From: Nanobdellota archaeon
GTDB lineage: Archaea > Nanobdellota > Nanobdellia > UBA10117 > ARS21
Assembly (NCBI GenBank): GCA_014240455.1
Contig: JAAZWY010000003.1
Coordinates: forward strand, 1,327-65,326
Length of the DNA: 64,000 nt
Direction of reading: 5' to 3'
Shown here piece after piece: positions 39,017-48,960 of the stretch. The stretch's first letter is position 1; each line of letters starts with the position of its first letter. A program made the position numbers and the translations under genes. The notes beneath the pieces are model-generated. The model had not been told where the DNA came from, searched no databases, and saw nothing but the letters and a program-made list of their open reading frames with translations.

Positions 39017-39766
39017 ATGAGAACTCTATTTATTGAGGCATACATAAAAGAAGATCTTGAACCACTTTTAGATAATATAATCAAGACAGTAAAAGAAAAT
39101 AAAATTGGATTAGTAACCACAGTTCAACATATCAAAAATCTCGAAAAAGCAAAAGAGTATCTTGAGAAAGCAGGAAAGAATGTTCATGTCGGAACTCCGG
39201 CAAAGAACCTCAAACCAAAACAAGGAATATACGCATTCCATCCAGGTCAACTTTTAGGTTGCGACGCATCAGCAGCAATCGATATCGAAGAAGATGTAGA
39301 TGCTTTCATATTCTTGGGAACGGGAGAATTCCATCCTTTATTCATCGCATTCAATTCAGAGAAACCAATTTGGCTAGCAAACCCGCTAACTCAAACAGTA
39401 GAACTTCTTCCAGAGGAACGCAGACGAAAATTCTTTGCAAAACAAGCAGCAAGAATGCATCACGCAGAAGAATCCAAATGCTACGGAATAATCGTATCAA
39501 CCAAACCAGGTCAAGTATATTTGAATATGGCAAAACGGATGAAAGAACAAGCAGAAAAACTCGGTAAAAAGGCAGTAATCCTTCTTTCAGATACCATTAC
39601 TCCAAACGATTTGATGAATTATCACGAAGTAGATTGTTTTGTTAATACGGCATGCCCAAGAATCGTCGAAGACCAACCCTTCTATCCAAAAACAATGGTG
39701 AATGGCACCGAATTAAAGCAGATTTTCAACAAGCTAAGCGCTGAAACCAAAGCAAAATCTTTATAA
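39017..39766 (+). CDS. dph2: Dph2 domains 2-3, split gene part 2
   Basis: LLGCDASA and NTACPRI Cys motifs of Dph2 [4Fe-4S] domains 2 and 3. Confidence 0.7.
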   Translation: MRTLFIEAYIKEDLEPLLDNIIKTVKENKIGLVTTVQHIKNLEKAKEYLEKAGKNVHVGTPAKNLKPKQGIYAFHPGQLLGCDASAAIDIEEDVDAFIFLGTGEFHPLFIAFNSEKPIWLANPLTQTVELLPEERRRKFFAKQAARMHHAEESKCYGIIVSTKPGQVYLNMAKRMKEQAEKLGKKAVILLSDTITPNDLMNYHEVDCFVNTACPRIVEDQPFYPKTMVNGTELKQIFNKLSAETKAKSL

Positions 39767-39790
39767 ACCTACTAACCAGAATTAAACACA

Positions 39791-40048
39791 ATGGAAATCC
39801 TATCCAAACAAAAGACATTATTGAAGATTAGTTTCAAACCTATTGATCAAGGTATCTTGAATGCAGTTAACGATAAGATCTGGGAAGAAAAAGATGTAGA
39901 ATCCTCAGGATTCCAAGTTACTCACCCAGAAGTCGGAGAGGCAATTTTTACAGTAAGAACAAAATCAAAAGACGCAAAAGCAGTTTGGAACGCAGCAATT
40001 GCAAATTTAACAAAAGAGTTTGCATCCCTAGCTAAACAAAAGCTGTAA
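39791..40048 (+). CDS. small hypothetical protein
   Basis: 85 aa; no confident family assignment. Confidence 0.35.
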   Translation: MEILSKQKTLLKISFKPIDQGILNAVNDKIWEEKDVESSGFQVTHPEVGEAIFTVRTKSKDAKAVWNAAIANLTKEFASLAKQKL

Positions 40049-40079
40049 GCTTTTTATTCTAATACCTTTTAGACTTTAT

Positions 40080-40682
40080 ATGAAGATTAATAGTGAACTC
40101 AGAGTTCTAGGTATAGATGATCTTCCACACAAAAGAACTCAAGCAGGTGATAAAATTCTCGCAATTGGAACGATCTTTCGTGGAGGAAAGTTTATGGATG
40201 GACTTCTAACCACTCACATTACTTGCGACGGAGACGATTCAACATCTTGTTTCATAAATATGATAAACAAAAGTAAGAACAAAAGTCAACTAAGAGTAAT
40301 TTTAACAGACGGAATAACGTTTGGAGGTTTCAATGTAATCGATCTCCACAAAATCAACAAGAAGACAAACATTCCAGTAATTTCAGTAGTAAGACACAAA
40401 CCACATTATGATAAAATAAAGAGAGCAGTAAAGAACGTCTCGCACTGGGAACATAAATGGCATCTAATTGAAAAGGCAGGAAAAATACATGAGACAATAA
40501 TTACTAACAAAACTTTAAACAAACCAGATAATATTTTCTTCCAATGCGCAGGAATAACTCCCGCAAAAGCAGCAAAGATTCTACAACTCACAACTAAACA
40601 CGGAGTAATTCCGGAACCGTTAAGAATGTCACACATCATTGGTTCAGGATTATATTTCGGAGAATCTAGAGGACACGCATGA
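40080..40682 (+). CDS. DUF99/UPF0215 family protein
   Basis: LRVLGIDDLPH...ILAIGTIFRGG..DGLL...ITCDGDDST...LTDGITFGGFNVIDL pattern. Confidence 0.55.
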   Translation: MKINSELRVLGIDDLPHKRTQAGDKILAIGTIFRGGKFMDGLLTTHITCDGDDSTSCFINMINKSKNKSQLRVILTDGITFGGFNVIDLHKINKKTNIPVISVVRHKPHYDKIKRAVKNVSHWEHKWHLIEKAGKIHETIITNKTLNKPDNIFFQCAGITPAKAAKILQLTTKHGVIPEPLRMSHIIGSGLYFGESRGHA

Positions 40683-41242
40683 AAAAAACTTGGAAAGAAA
40701 TTTGGCATTTTCTATGGAAAGATGATAGTTGGGAATCCCTAATTGCAAGTGCAGCAATTGTATTAGTTGTAGGAAAATTCATTATTCTCCCAGTACTCGG
40801 ATTCATTCTAGGAACACAACTCCCAGTTGTTGCAGTAGTTTCAAGTTCAATGGATCACGGAGTCTTAGATTTCGACCAATGGTGGGAACAAAACCAAGAG
40901 CATTATAGAACTTTTGAAATAGATAAAACAGAATTTCAAGAATTTCCACTAAATAATGGTTTCAAGAAAGGAGATGCGATAGCAGCGATTGGAAAAGACT
41001 TTGAAGATCTAAAAGTTGGAGATATAATCATGTTCAAAACTTCTGCAAGAAGCGAACCAATAATTCATAGAATCGTAGAGATTGGAGACAATTGGGTAAG
41101 CACAAAGGGAGACAACAATATAAATCAATTTTCTTTCGAATATAGAATTCCTTCAGAAAACATACTTGGCGTGGCAAAAGTACGTGCACCACTGCTTGGA
41201 TGGGTAAAAGTAGGATTTTTACAACTAATCAATAAACTTTGA
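40679..41242 (+). CDS. signal peptidase I (archaeal/ER type)
   Basis: TM anchor, VVSSSMDHG (Ser), IHR (His), STKGDNN boxes. Confidence 0.75.
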   Translation: MKKTWKEIWHFLWKDDSWESLIASAAIVLVVGKFIILPVLGFILGTQLPVVAVVSSSMDHGVLDFDQWWEQNQEHYRTFEIDKTEFQEFPLNNGFKKGDAIAAIGKDFEDLKVGDIIMFKTSARSEPIIHRIVEIGDNWVSTKGDNNINQFSFEYRIPSENILGVAKVRAPLLGWVKVGFLQLINKL

Positions 41243-41550
41243 TTTCCACAAACTTTTTTAAGTTGACTATACATAAATCAGGAATGGTTTCAAGTTTATT
41301 TAATCCGGACGGATCTATCAAGATCCCAAAAAAGTCAGTTAAGATAAAAGAGAAGACTAAGCGTGAAGAAAAAGGAAAAGGCGCAAGCACACAAGAAGAA
41401 AGCACAATGGCAACAGTTAACGAAGATTGTGAAAAGTGCAGTCACACTGAAGCTTATTGGTGGACAGAACAAACACGTTCATCTGATGAACCCGAAACAC
41501 AATTCTTTAGATGTACCAAATGTAAACACACTTGGAGAGAATATAGCTAA
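41239..41550 (+). CDS. tfs: TFIIS-type Zn-ribbon protein (TFS/RpoM-like) with non-canonical N-domain
   Basis: C-terminal CEKCSHTEAYWWTEQTRSSDEPETQFFRCTKCKHTWRE; N-terminal half lacks Cys4. Confidence 0.6.
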   Translation: MISTNFFKLTIHKSGMVSSLFNPDGSIKIPKKSVKIKEKTKREEKGKGASTQEESTMATVNEDCEKCSHTEAYWWTEQTRSSDEPETQFFRCTKCKHTWREYS

Positions 41551-41590
41551 GAATATAATTTCTTTTAAATCAATACAATCTTTCTAGCCC

Positions 41591-41926
41591 ATGGCAGAAG
41601 AAAAGAAAGAAGAAAAAACAGTTTTCAAGAGATACCCATTTCAAACTACAAAAATTGCAGATTTAACAACGGAAACAAAGAGCATTGCAATAACCGGCGT
41701 AGTACTAAGCAAGGACAATGAAATCCAATCTTTCATAGTTGATGACAGTACTGGAAAGATAAACGTAATCACAAATAATTCAGATGCTTTCAAATCATTT
41801 CAAGAAGGAAAAGTTGTAAGAGTTCTAGGAAAAACTTGGGGAGAAGGAGACGACTTAGAAATCCAATCAGACTTAATTCAAGATTTCTCACAACTTGACA
41901 TGGAACTTTACAAGAAAGTAATATAA
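41591..41926 (+). CDS. putative OB-fold nucleic-acid-binding protein
   Basis: 111 aa, beta-rich central region after acidic/basic N-tail; assignment tentative. Confidence 0.35.
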   Translation: MAEEKKEEKTVFKRYPFQTTKIADLTTETKSIAITGVVLSKDNEIQSFIVDDSTGKINVITNNSDAFKSFQEGKVVRVLGKTWGEGDDLEIQSDLIQDFSQLDMELYKKVI

Positions 41927-41948
41927 ACTTCCAATTTATCAATTAAAC

Positions 41949-42161
41949 ATGGGACTATTCAAACGAGTAAACCAAATTCGACCAAACTATTCCATATTTA
42001 TTATTCTAATAATTGCACTTTCATTATACGCAGGAAACCTAACTTCTGAATTTATAGATTTTCCAACATTCGGATTTTCAAAACCAATGCTAATCGGAGC
42101 AGCGTTAGGAATTTCTGCAATAATTACAGTAATTACTAGTTACGTAGCAACCCGACTCTAA
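41949..42161 (+). CDS. small 2-TM membrane protein
   Basis: 70-aa hydrophobic ORF. Confidence 0.3.
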   Translation: MGLFKRVNQIRPNYSIFIILIIALSLYAGNLTSEFIDFPTFGFSKPMLIGAALGISAIITVITSYVATRL

Positions 42162-42203
42162 ATTGAATAAATCTTTATAAATTACTAAACAGAGAGGTGA
42201 TTG

Positions 42204-42950
42204 ATGTTCACTCTAAAACTAAATGATCCAAAAATTCTAAACAATACAATCGGAACAATTTCCGAATTTATTTCAGATGCAACATTCCAAATAACAAATG
42301 AAGGATTAAAACTAGTAGCAATGGATCCAGCAAACATTTCAATGGTAATTCTAACACTTCTACCTTCAGCATTCACAGAATATCAAGTAAATGAACCTTC
42401 AAAAATAACAATCAATCTTGACGGCTTCCGCCAAGCATTGAGACGAGTTCGCGGAGGAGAATCAATTACTCTAACTCATTCAACAAACAAACTAAATATA
42501 ACAATTACTGGTTCTTCAACAAAACGATTCTCAATTCCACTTTTAGAGGATGAAGAAGTTGAAAGAAAGATTCCAGAGTTAGACTTTAAAGTCAACATAG
42601 AAATGGATTCAAAAGAATTCAGAGATTTTGTAGATGATGCAAGTATAGTCAGCGAAGCAGTCGGACTCAAAGCAGCAGAAAATCTTCTAATTCTAACTGC
42701 AGGTGATACAGGAAGAAAAGTAGATATTGAATTAGCAAAAGGATCAGCTGCGTTAGTAAGCATGAGTATCAAAGAACCAGCAAGCTCAATCTACTCAGTA
42801 GAATATTTGAAGAAGATGTCAAAAGCAGCATCTTTCGCAGACTCAGTAAAAGTAAACTTCTCATCAGAATATCCTTTGAGACTAGATTTCAAGGCATTAA
42901 ACCAAGCACAAATGTCTTTTATTTTAGCGCCAAGAATTGAGAATAAATAA
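42204..42950 (+). CDS. pcn: DNA polymerase sliding clamp PCNA
   Basis: MFTLKLNDPKILNNTIGTISEFISDATFQITNEGLKLVAMDPANISMV... two-domain PCNA fold length. Confidence 0.85.
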   Translation: MFTLKLNDPKILNNTIGTISEFISDATFQITNEGLKLVAMDPANISMVILTLLPSAFTEYQVNEPSKITINLDGFRQALRRVRGGESITLTHSTNKLNITITGSSTKRFSIPLLEDEEVERKIPELDFKVNIEMDSKEFRDFVDDASIVSEAVGLKAAENLLILTAGDTGRKVDIELAKGSAALVSMSIKEPASSIYSVEYLKKMSKAASFADSVKVNFSSEYPLRLDFKALNQAQMSFILAPRIENK

Positions 42951-43853
42951 TCAAACTGCTGCAGAACCAAAATCAATCCGGCCGTGATTTTCATAACCAA
43001 TTACTTTTGAGTCAGTATATTCCCAATCAAAAATTGAAGTAAAGTTATCAGTTTCTATTTTAGGCAAAGTAAGTGGAACTCTTGAAAGTTGATTTAACAA
43101 ACCTTCTCGGTGGTTCTCATAAATATGAATGTCTCCAAGATGTCCAACAAGCTTTCCTTCTTCATATCCGGTTTCCTTCGCAAGCAAATGCAACAACAAA
43201 CCGTAACTTGCAATATTAAATGGAAGTCCCAGTGCAGTATCGACAGATCTCTGATTCCACATCAAATTCAATTTACCTTTCTTTTCACCAGTTTCTTCAT
43301 CAATAGACGGATCAGTAACCGTAACTTGGAATGAATAATGACAAGGAGGTAGAGCCATTTCCCCAACTTGTTTAGGATTCCACGCACTAACAATCATTCT
43401 TCGATTTCCAGGATTTGTATTAATATCCTTGATTAAATTCTCAAGCTGATCGACTCCCTGTCCACGATATTCAAAATCATATCCGTGATAATTTGCATCA
43501 AAGTGTCGCCATTGAAAACCATAGATTGGACCAAGATCTCGCTCTTCAGCCATAGCCTTCTTAGTCTCAAGATCATGACCGTAAGGAACCTTCTTTTCCC
43601 AACACCACGAATCCCAAATATGATTATCGCGATCTTGTAACCATTTCTTATCAGTAATTCCTTTGATGAAAAACTCTAACTCTGAGGCAACCAATCTAAG
43701 TGGAACACTTTTAGTTGTAAGAAGCGGAAAGCCATAAGACATATCATGTTTAAATATCGCTCCAGGAACAGAGTAAGCAGGAATTCCAGTCCTATTTTCA
43801 CTAAGCGTTCCTTTAACAATAATATCTCTAACAAGCGCAGTGTATGGTCGCAT
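42951..43853 (-). CDS. thyA: thymidylate synthase ThyA (folate-dependent)
   Basis: NRTGIPAYSVPGAIFKHDM..GFPLLTTK, PPCH, DIHIYENH. Confidence 0.9.
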   Translation of the reverse strand: MRPYTALVRDIIVKGTLSENRTGIPAYSVPGAIFKHDMSYGFPLLTTKSVPLRLVASELEFFIKGITDKKWLQDRDNHIWDSWCWEKKVPYGHDLETKKAMAEERDLGPIYGFQWRHFDANYHGYDFEYRGQGVDQLENLIKDINTNPGNRRMIVSAWNPKQVGEMALPPCHYSFQVTVTDPSIDEETGEKKGKLNLMWNQRSVDTALGLPFNIASYGLLLHLLAKETGYEEGKLVGHLGDIHIYENHREGLLNQLSRVPLTLPKIETDNFTSIFDWEYTDSKVIGYENHGRIDFGSAAV

Positions 43854-43936
43854 AAATAATCATTTAACTGAAATTTAAATAGATATCACCAATTAAATGA
43901 ACAATTGCTTAAATAACAAATTACAGAAATTAATCC

Positions 43937-44578
43937 GTGGAGCGAGGAAAACTAATAGTCATTGACGGAACTGACGGAGCAGGAAAAGAAACTCAAACCA
44001 AACTTCTAGAAACACGACTAAACGAAGAAGGAATTCACGTAATAAAATATTCTTTCCCAAACTACGACTCAGTTTATGGACAAATGATTTCTCAATATCT
44101 AAAAGGAGAGTTTGGAACATCAACAGAAGTACACCCAAAATTAGCTTCCATTCTTTATGCACTTGACAGAGGAATGGTTGCAGATGAAATGATAGGACAT
44201 CTAGAAAGCGGACATTACATTTTATGTGATCGATTTATTGAATCAAATATTGCATATCAGCAAGCAAAACTTCCAGAAAAAGAACGAAAAGAATTCTTTG
44301 ATTGGTTAACCGAGTTAGAACATAATGAACTAAGAGTTCCTGAATCTGATGCAGTTCTTTTCTTACGTGTACCTGTAAATATCTCACGAACGAACATGGA
44401 TAACCGAGAAGAACTTGACGGTCATGAAGAAAATCAAAATTATCAACAAGAAGTTCTGAAAAGTTACGAAGCACTATCTGAGGACAGCGACAAATGGACA
44501 ATAATCGATTGTTCTGACAATGGAGAAATGCGTAGCCGAGAAGAAATCCACGAAGAAATTTATCAAGCAATCCAATAA
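43937..44578 (+). CDS. tmk: thymidylate kinase
   Basis: KLIVIDGTDGAGKETQTKLL P-loop, DRF motif. Confidence 0.85.
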   Translation: MERGKLIVIDGTDGAGKETQTKLLETRLNEEGIHVIKYSFPNYDSVYGQMISQYLKGEFGTSTEVHPKLASILYALDRGMVADEMIGHLESGHYILCDRFIESNIAYQQAKLPEKERKEFFDWLTELEHNELRVPESDAVLFLRVPVNISRTNMDNREELDGHEENQNYQQEVLKSYEALSEDSDKWTIIDCSDNGEMRSREEIHEEIYQAIQ

Positions 44579-44598
44579 GTTTTAATTATATTCTACCA

Positions 44599-45300
44599 AT
44601 GATTAACATGGTCAAAGCAAAAATTCGCGAAATTATCCAAGAAACTCCAGACATAAAAAGATTGATTCTAGAATTGGACAAAAATATGCCATTCAAAGCA
44701 GGACAATTTGTGATGCTAAAAATCGATTCAGAACGATTTGATAAACTTATTCCTACAAGAGCATATTCAATCGCAAATGCACCAAACGATAAATTCGAGA
44801 TTCAAATCATTGCAAAAATAATCCCAGATAGCAATTTTAGTCAATATTTAGATCAACTTGAAACTCACGAAGAGATTGAAGTACAAGGACCTTACGGACG
44901 TTTCACGCTTTCAGATAAAGACAAAACAACAGAAGTAACTCTGTTAGGAGCTGGAACGGGAGTCGCACCACTGGTTGGAATAATGGAATATGCTTTACAA
45001 AACAACATAAAATCACATTTAATTTACTGCGATAAAACGGATGAAGATCTAATTAACATAAAACAATTTGATGAACTAACTCAAAATAGAAAAATTACAA
45101 GTAAAATATTAACAACTCGAGATAAAGATTCAAAGAGAATTAAATGTCACGTAACAAAAGAATTTCTGAAAGAAAATCTACCAACTCGAAAAGGATTATT
45201 CTATGTTTGCGGACCTCTTGAGTTTGTAAACAACGTTGTAGGATATTTAGAAGAATTAGGAATAGAAAAAGATAATATCAAAACTGAAAGATATGGATAG
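44599..45300 (+). CDS. FNR-like FAD/NAD(P)-binding oxidoreductase (no Fe-S C-domain)
   Basis: RAYSIAN (RxYS FAD motif), LLGAGTGVAPL. Confidence 0.6.
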   Translation: MINMVKAKIREIIQETPDIKRLILELDKNMPFKAGQFVMLKIDSERFDKLIPTRAYSIANAPNDKFEIQIIAKIIPDSNFSQYLDQLETHEEIEVQGPYGRFTLSDKDKTTEVTLLGAGTGVAPLVGIMEYALQNNIKSHLIYCDKTDEDLINIKQFDELTQNRKITSKILTTRDKDSKRIKCHVTKEFLKENLPTRKGLFYVCGPLEFVNNVVGYLEELGIEKDNIKTERYG

Positions 45301-45922
45301 AAATCATAAAATTCTAAACGAGCTTGAAAGGCTTTACAAAGGAGGACCTTTCCTAAGTGGACGAACACCCTTCGAAAGACTAATCGCAGTTATACTTTCA
45401 GCACAATGTACAGACAAACAAGTAAACAAAGTTACAAAAGAATTATTCAAAAAATACCGAACTCCGAAAGCATTCGCAAACGCAGATATCAAAGAGTTGG
45501 AAAAGCTAGTTTACTCAACAGGATTCTACCGTGCAAAAGCCAGGTATCTAAAAGAAACTTCTCAAATAATTCTTGACAGATTCGGAGGAAAAGTTCCAGA
45601 TAAAATGGAAGAGCTACTCGAACTTCGAGGTGTTGCAAGAAAAGTTGCAAACATTGTAATGTGGGAAGCACACAACACAATTTCAGGAATTCCAGTAGAC
45701 ACACATGTAAAAAGAGTTTCATATAGATTGGGATTAACAAAAAATACAGACCCAAACAAAATCGAGCAAGATTTAATTAATACTTATCCAAAAGAAAAAT
45801 GGCCAAATGTTTCATATATGTTAATCGAACACGGACGAGCAGTTTGCGATGCAAGAAATCCAAATTGTAAGAATTGTACCTTGAGAGATACTTGTCCCAA
45901 GACTGGCGTAAAGTTTAAATAA
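45293..45922 (+). CDS. nth: endonuclease III (Nth), HhH-GPD with [4Fe-4S]
   Basis: HhH-GPD core, LRGVARKVAN, CDARNPNCKNCTLRDTC. Confidence 0.9.
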   Translation: MDRNHKILNELERLYKGGPFLSGRTPFERLIAVILSAQCTDKQVNKVTKELFKKYRTPKAFANADIKELEKLVYSTGFYRAKARYLKETSQIILDRFGGKVPDKMEELLELRGVARKVANIVMWEAHNTISGIPVDTHVKRVSYRLGLTKNTDPNKIEQDLINTYPKEKWPNVSYMLIEHGRAVCDARNPNCKNCTLRDTCPKTGVKFK

Positions 45923-45941
45923 TTTCTTCCAAGCACAACTT

Positions 45942-46469
45942 ATGGAAAATCAAAATACAATCTCAATAGGACAAAAAGCACCAGACTTTGAAACTGATAC
46001 TTATGAAAATGGAGAATTCAAGAAATTCAAACTATCAAACAATAACGGAAAATGGACCGTTCTATTTTTCTATCCTTTAGATTTTACCTTTATTTGCCCA
46101 ACTGAAATTAACGCGTTCGCAAAACACGAAAGCAGATTTAACGAACTCGGAGCACAAGTAATTGGAGCAAGTACGGATTCAGTACATTCACATAAAGCAT
46201 GGTTCCAACGAGATTTACCTGAAGTTAAATTCCCAATCATTGCAGACACAACTCACAAAGTATCAAGAATATTTGGAGTACTCAAAGAAGATGAAGGAAT
46301 TGCATATAGAGGAACATTCATACTTGATCCTGAAGGAGTTCTAAGATATTCAGTAATTTCAGATTTAGATGTTGGACGTTCAGTTGAAGAAACAGTCCGA
46401 GCATTAGAAGCACTAAAAAATGGAGGACTTTGTCCTGTTGAATGGAAACCGGGAGAAGAAACACTCTAA
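45942..46469 (+). CDS. peroxiredoxin (AhpC/TSA family)
   Basis: FFYPLDFTFICPTEI peroxidatic Cys; C-terminal GGLCPVEW. Confidence 0.9.
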   Translation: MENQNTISIGQKAPDFETDTYENGEFKKFKLSNNNGKWTVLFFYPLDFTFICPTEINAFAKHESRFNELGAQVIGASTDSVHSHKAWFQRDLPEVKFPIIADTTHKVSRIFGVLKEDEGIAYRGTFILDPEGVLRYSVISDLDVGRSVEETVRALEALKNGGLCPVEWKPGEETL

Positions 46470-46673
46470 GCTTTTTTCTTACCATTCTTAGTTACTCCGT
46501 TCCAGTTCTGTTTTTCCATATCTCCAAACCAGATTAGAAATTCTTCAACACGGAGTCTGTCTGAAGTAAATTTATTACAAATTTCAAAAAGTTTCTTAGC
46601 AACCATCGCCTGTTTGGGCTCAAGATCTTTCATCGGAAAACGATATAATCACACCTTATAATTCTTGCGACAA

Positions 46674-47351
46674 CTAACCATAATATTTGTCTTTATAGAA
46701 TTCAATTAATTCCTTTACTCGAGGAATACAAGTTTTATCCTGAACTCCTACTTTAGTTTTCTTTTGAACTGCTTCAAAATCATGAGCACCTTCAAGAACT
46801 GCTTCCTCAATATCTTTATCAGTAATCTTCAAAATTTTGTCAACAATTTCAGCACCCTTTGAAACAATTATTCTATCTTTCTGTCCAGACTTGAAGAAGT
46901 AATTATTAATAGCAGCACTCAAAGCCTTATCACCAAGAACCGAACAGTGAAACTTTCGTGCAGGCAAACCATGCAATCTTTCAACAATATCGTGAGGTTT
47001 CAAAGCAAGAGCCTGAGTGATAGTCATACCACCATTTTCAATAACCATCTCAGACATTATAGATGTGCTTGCAATTGCGCTAGCACAACCGAAAGTTTGC
47101 CACTTACATTCTTTGATTTTATCAGAATCAGAATCAACTTTAATCCAGATCTTCATCATGTCTCCGCAAGCTGGACTACCAACCTCACCAACACCATCTG
47201 ATATCGCTTCGTATTCAGTAGCTTCTTTTTGAGTTTTCAAAATATTCTTTGGATTGAAAAAGTGATCTCTAACTTCATCCGTGTAAAACCAAGATTTAGC
47301 ATCAACTTTTGCCTTTACATCTGGGTGAACCGTTCCTTTAACTTCTATCAT
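46674..47351 (-). CDS. iscU: IscU/NifU-like Fe-S scaffold with C-terminal extension
   Basis: GSPACGD, FGCASAIAS, KFHCSV cysteines. Confidence 0.85.
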   Translation of the reverse strand: MIEVKGTVHPDVKAKVDAKSWFYTDEVRDHFFNPKNILKTQKEATEYEAISDGVGEVGSPACGDMMKIWIKVDSDSDKIKECKWQTFGCASAIASTSIMSEMVIENGGMTITQALALKPHDIVERLHGLPARKFHCSVLGDKALSAAINNYFFKSGQKDRIIVSKGAEIVDKILKITDKDIEEAVLEGAHDFEAVQKKTKVGVQDKTCIPRVKELIEFYKDKYYG

Positions 47352-48517
47352 CTTATTTCCTCCGCTTTCAAGTGAACTGGTGAAATACCTCGAAGTTTTT
47401 CAATAATGTCTGGCAAAACTTCCATCAACTTATCAACATCTTTCTTAGTATTTCGTTTACCTAAAGTGAATCTAATACTTCCGTGAGCTGCCTCATAAGG
47501 CATACCCATCGCAACAATTACGTGAGAAGGATCAAGAGTCTTAGAAGTACAAGCGCTTCCGCTTGAAACATAAATCTCATGCTCATTCATCAACAAAATA
47601 ATTGCCTCTCCTTCAATATTCAAAAAAGTAATATTTGCATTATTTGCTAACCGTTTTTCTGCATGACCATTTAACCACGATTCAGGAATTTCATCAACAA
47701 CTCGTTTAATCAGATAATCTCGAATTTCTTTCAACCGAGCACTCTCAGAATCTTTTTCAGCTTGAGCTAATTCCAAAGCCTCAGCAAATCCAATAATCCC
47801 TGGAACATTTTCAGTTCCACTTCTTCGATTATTTTCTTGACCTCCACCATGGATCAAAGGAACCAATCGAATTCCCTTTCGAACATAAAGAAGTCCAACT
47901 CCTTTTGGACCATAAATCTTGCTTGCGTTCAGAGTCATCATATCAACACCAATATTTCTAACATCAATATCTAAGCTTCCTGAAGCTTGACATGCATCAG
48001 TGTGGAATACAATACCTTTATCTTTTGCAATCTCGGAAATTTCCTTAATTGGTTGAATTGTTCCAATCTCGTTATTTGCATACATGATTGAAATCAAAAT
48101 TGTATCTTCTCGAATTGCTTTTCTAACTTGTTCAACATCAACAATCCCATCCTTATCAACACCAACATAAGTTACATCAAAACCTTCGTGTCTTTCAAGA
48201 TAATCACAAGTGTCAGTAACTGCATGATGCTCAATTGAAGAAGTAATAATGTGACCTTTCTTCTTTGATTTAGTCAAACCTTTAATTGCTAAATTACAAC
48301 TCTCAGTTCCACCACCAGTAAATATAATTTCACTAGGATCGCAACCAATTATCTTGGCAATCTTTTCCCGTGCTGCACCTAAAGCTAATTTAGCTTTCAA
48401 ACCTTTATAGTGAAAGCTTCCAGGATTTCCATATTCATCCTCAAGATATTTGTTCATAACTTGAGTTACTTCTGGTCTCAAATATGTAGTTGCCGAGTGA
48501 TCAAAGTACGTTTCCAT
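47348..48517 (-). CDS. iscS: cysteine desulfurase IscS/NifS
   Basis: YFDHSATT, PLP Lys region LNASKIYGPKGVGLLY, SGSACTS; start trimmed to METYFDHSATT. Confidence 0.9.
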   Translation of the reverse strand: METYFDHSATTYLRPEVTQVMNKYLEDEYGNPGSFHYKGLKAKLALGAAREKIAKIIGCDPSEIIFTGGGTESCNLAIKGLTKSKKKGHIITSSIEHHAVTDTCDYLERHEGFDVTYVGVDKDGIVDVEQVRKAIREDTILISIMYANNEIGTIQPIKEISEIAKDKGIVFHTDACQASGSLDIDVRNIGVDMMTLNASKIYGPKGVGLLYVRKGIRLVPLIHGGGQENNRRSGTENVPGIIGFAEALELAQAEKDSESARLKEIRDYLIKRVVDEIPESWLNGHAEKRLANNANITFLNIEGEAIILLMNEHEIYVSSGSACTSKTLDPSHVIVAMGMPYEAAHGSIRFTLGKRNTKKDVDKLMEVLPDIIEKLRGISPVHLKAEEIR

Positions 48518-48518
48518 T

Positions 48519-48947
48519 TTATAGATGCTCCACGCAAACTCCACAATCTTCTGGAACATTTTCGTCCAGAATTTGATGAATTTTGCAAATTGTCAAATCA
48601 TTCCGAATTTCTCTCAACAATCTTTGAGTTTCAGCAAAAACACTTGCTTCTTGAGAATTGATTTTCTTAGCACTTATTTTCAATTCTGAAATAACATGCT
48701 CAGGCAATTCAGCAAGTTTTCCTCGCTTGTCTTTTTTGTATTGAGAAACTGCAGCTTCACTTATTCCCATTAACTTAGCAATCTCTTTTTGAGATAACGC
48801 ATGTTCATTCAAAAGTTCCAGAGTTAAGCACTTTCGAATTGCTGGAATGATGTAAACTGCTTCAATTTCTTGAGGATGCTTTAACATGCCCGACTTAACG
48901 GCCGTTAATTTAAAAGAACTTCGATTGAACAACTTATAAGTTTTCAT
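48519..48947 (-). CDS. HTH transcriptional regulator with C-terminal Cys cluster (possible Fe-S-sensing regulator of isc operon)
   Basis: LSQKEIAKLMGISEAAVSQY HTH; C...PEDCGVC at C-terminus; directly upstream of iscS-iscU. Confidence 0.5.
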   Translation of the reverse strand: MKTYKLFNRSSFKLTAVKSGMLKHPQEIEAVYIIPAIRKCLTLELLNEHALSQKEIAKLMGISEAAVSQYKKDKRGKLAELPEHVISELKISAKKINSQEASVFAETQRLLREIRNDLTICKIHQILDENVPEDCGVCVEHL

Positions 48948-48960
48948 ACAAAATATAACC

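Noticed and set aside
39791-40048. 85-aa ORF considered as KEOPS Pcc1
   Set aside because: A much better Pcc1 match lies at 58789-59055 in the canonical L37ae-RpoP-Pcc1-PfdB context. This ORF is left hypothetical.
41363-41587. 74-aa ORF overlapping the TFS-like gene
   Set aside because: Alternative frame of a gene with a clear TFIIS Zn-ribbon. Lys-rich shadow.
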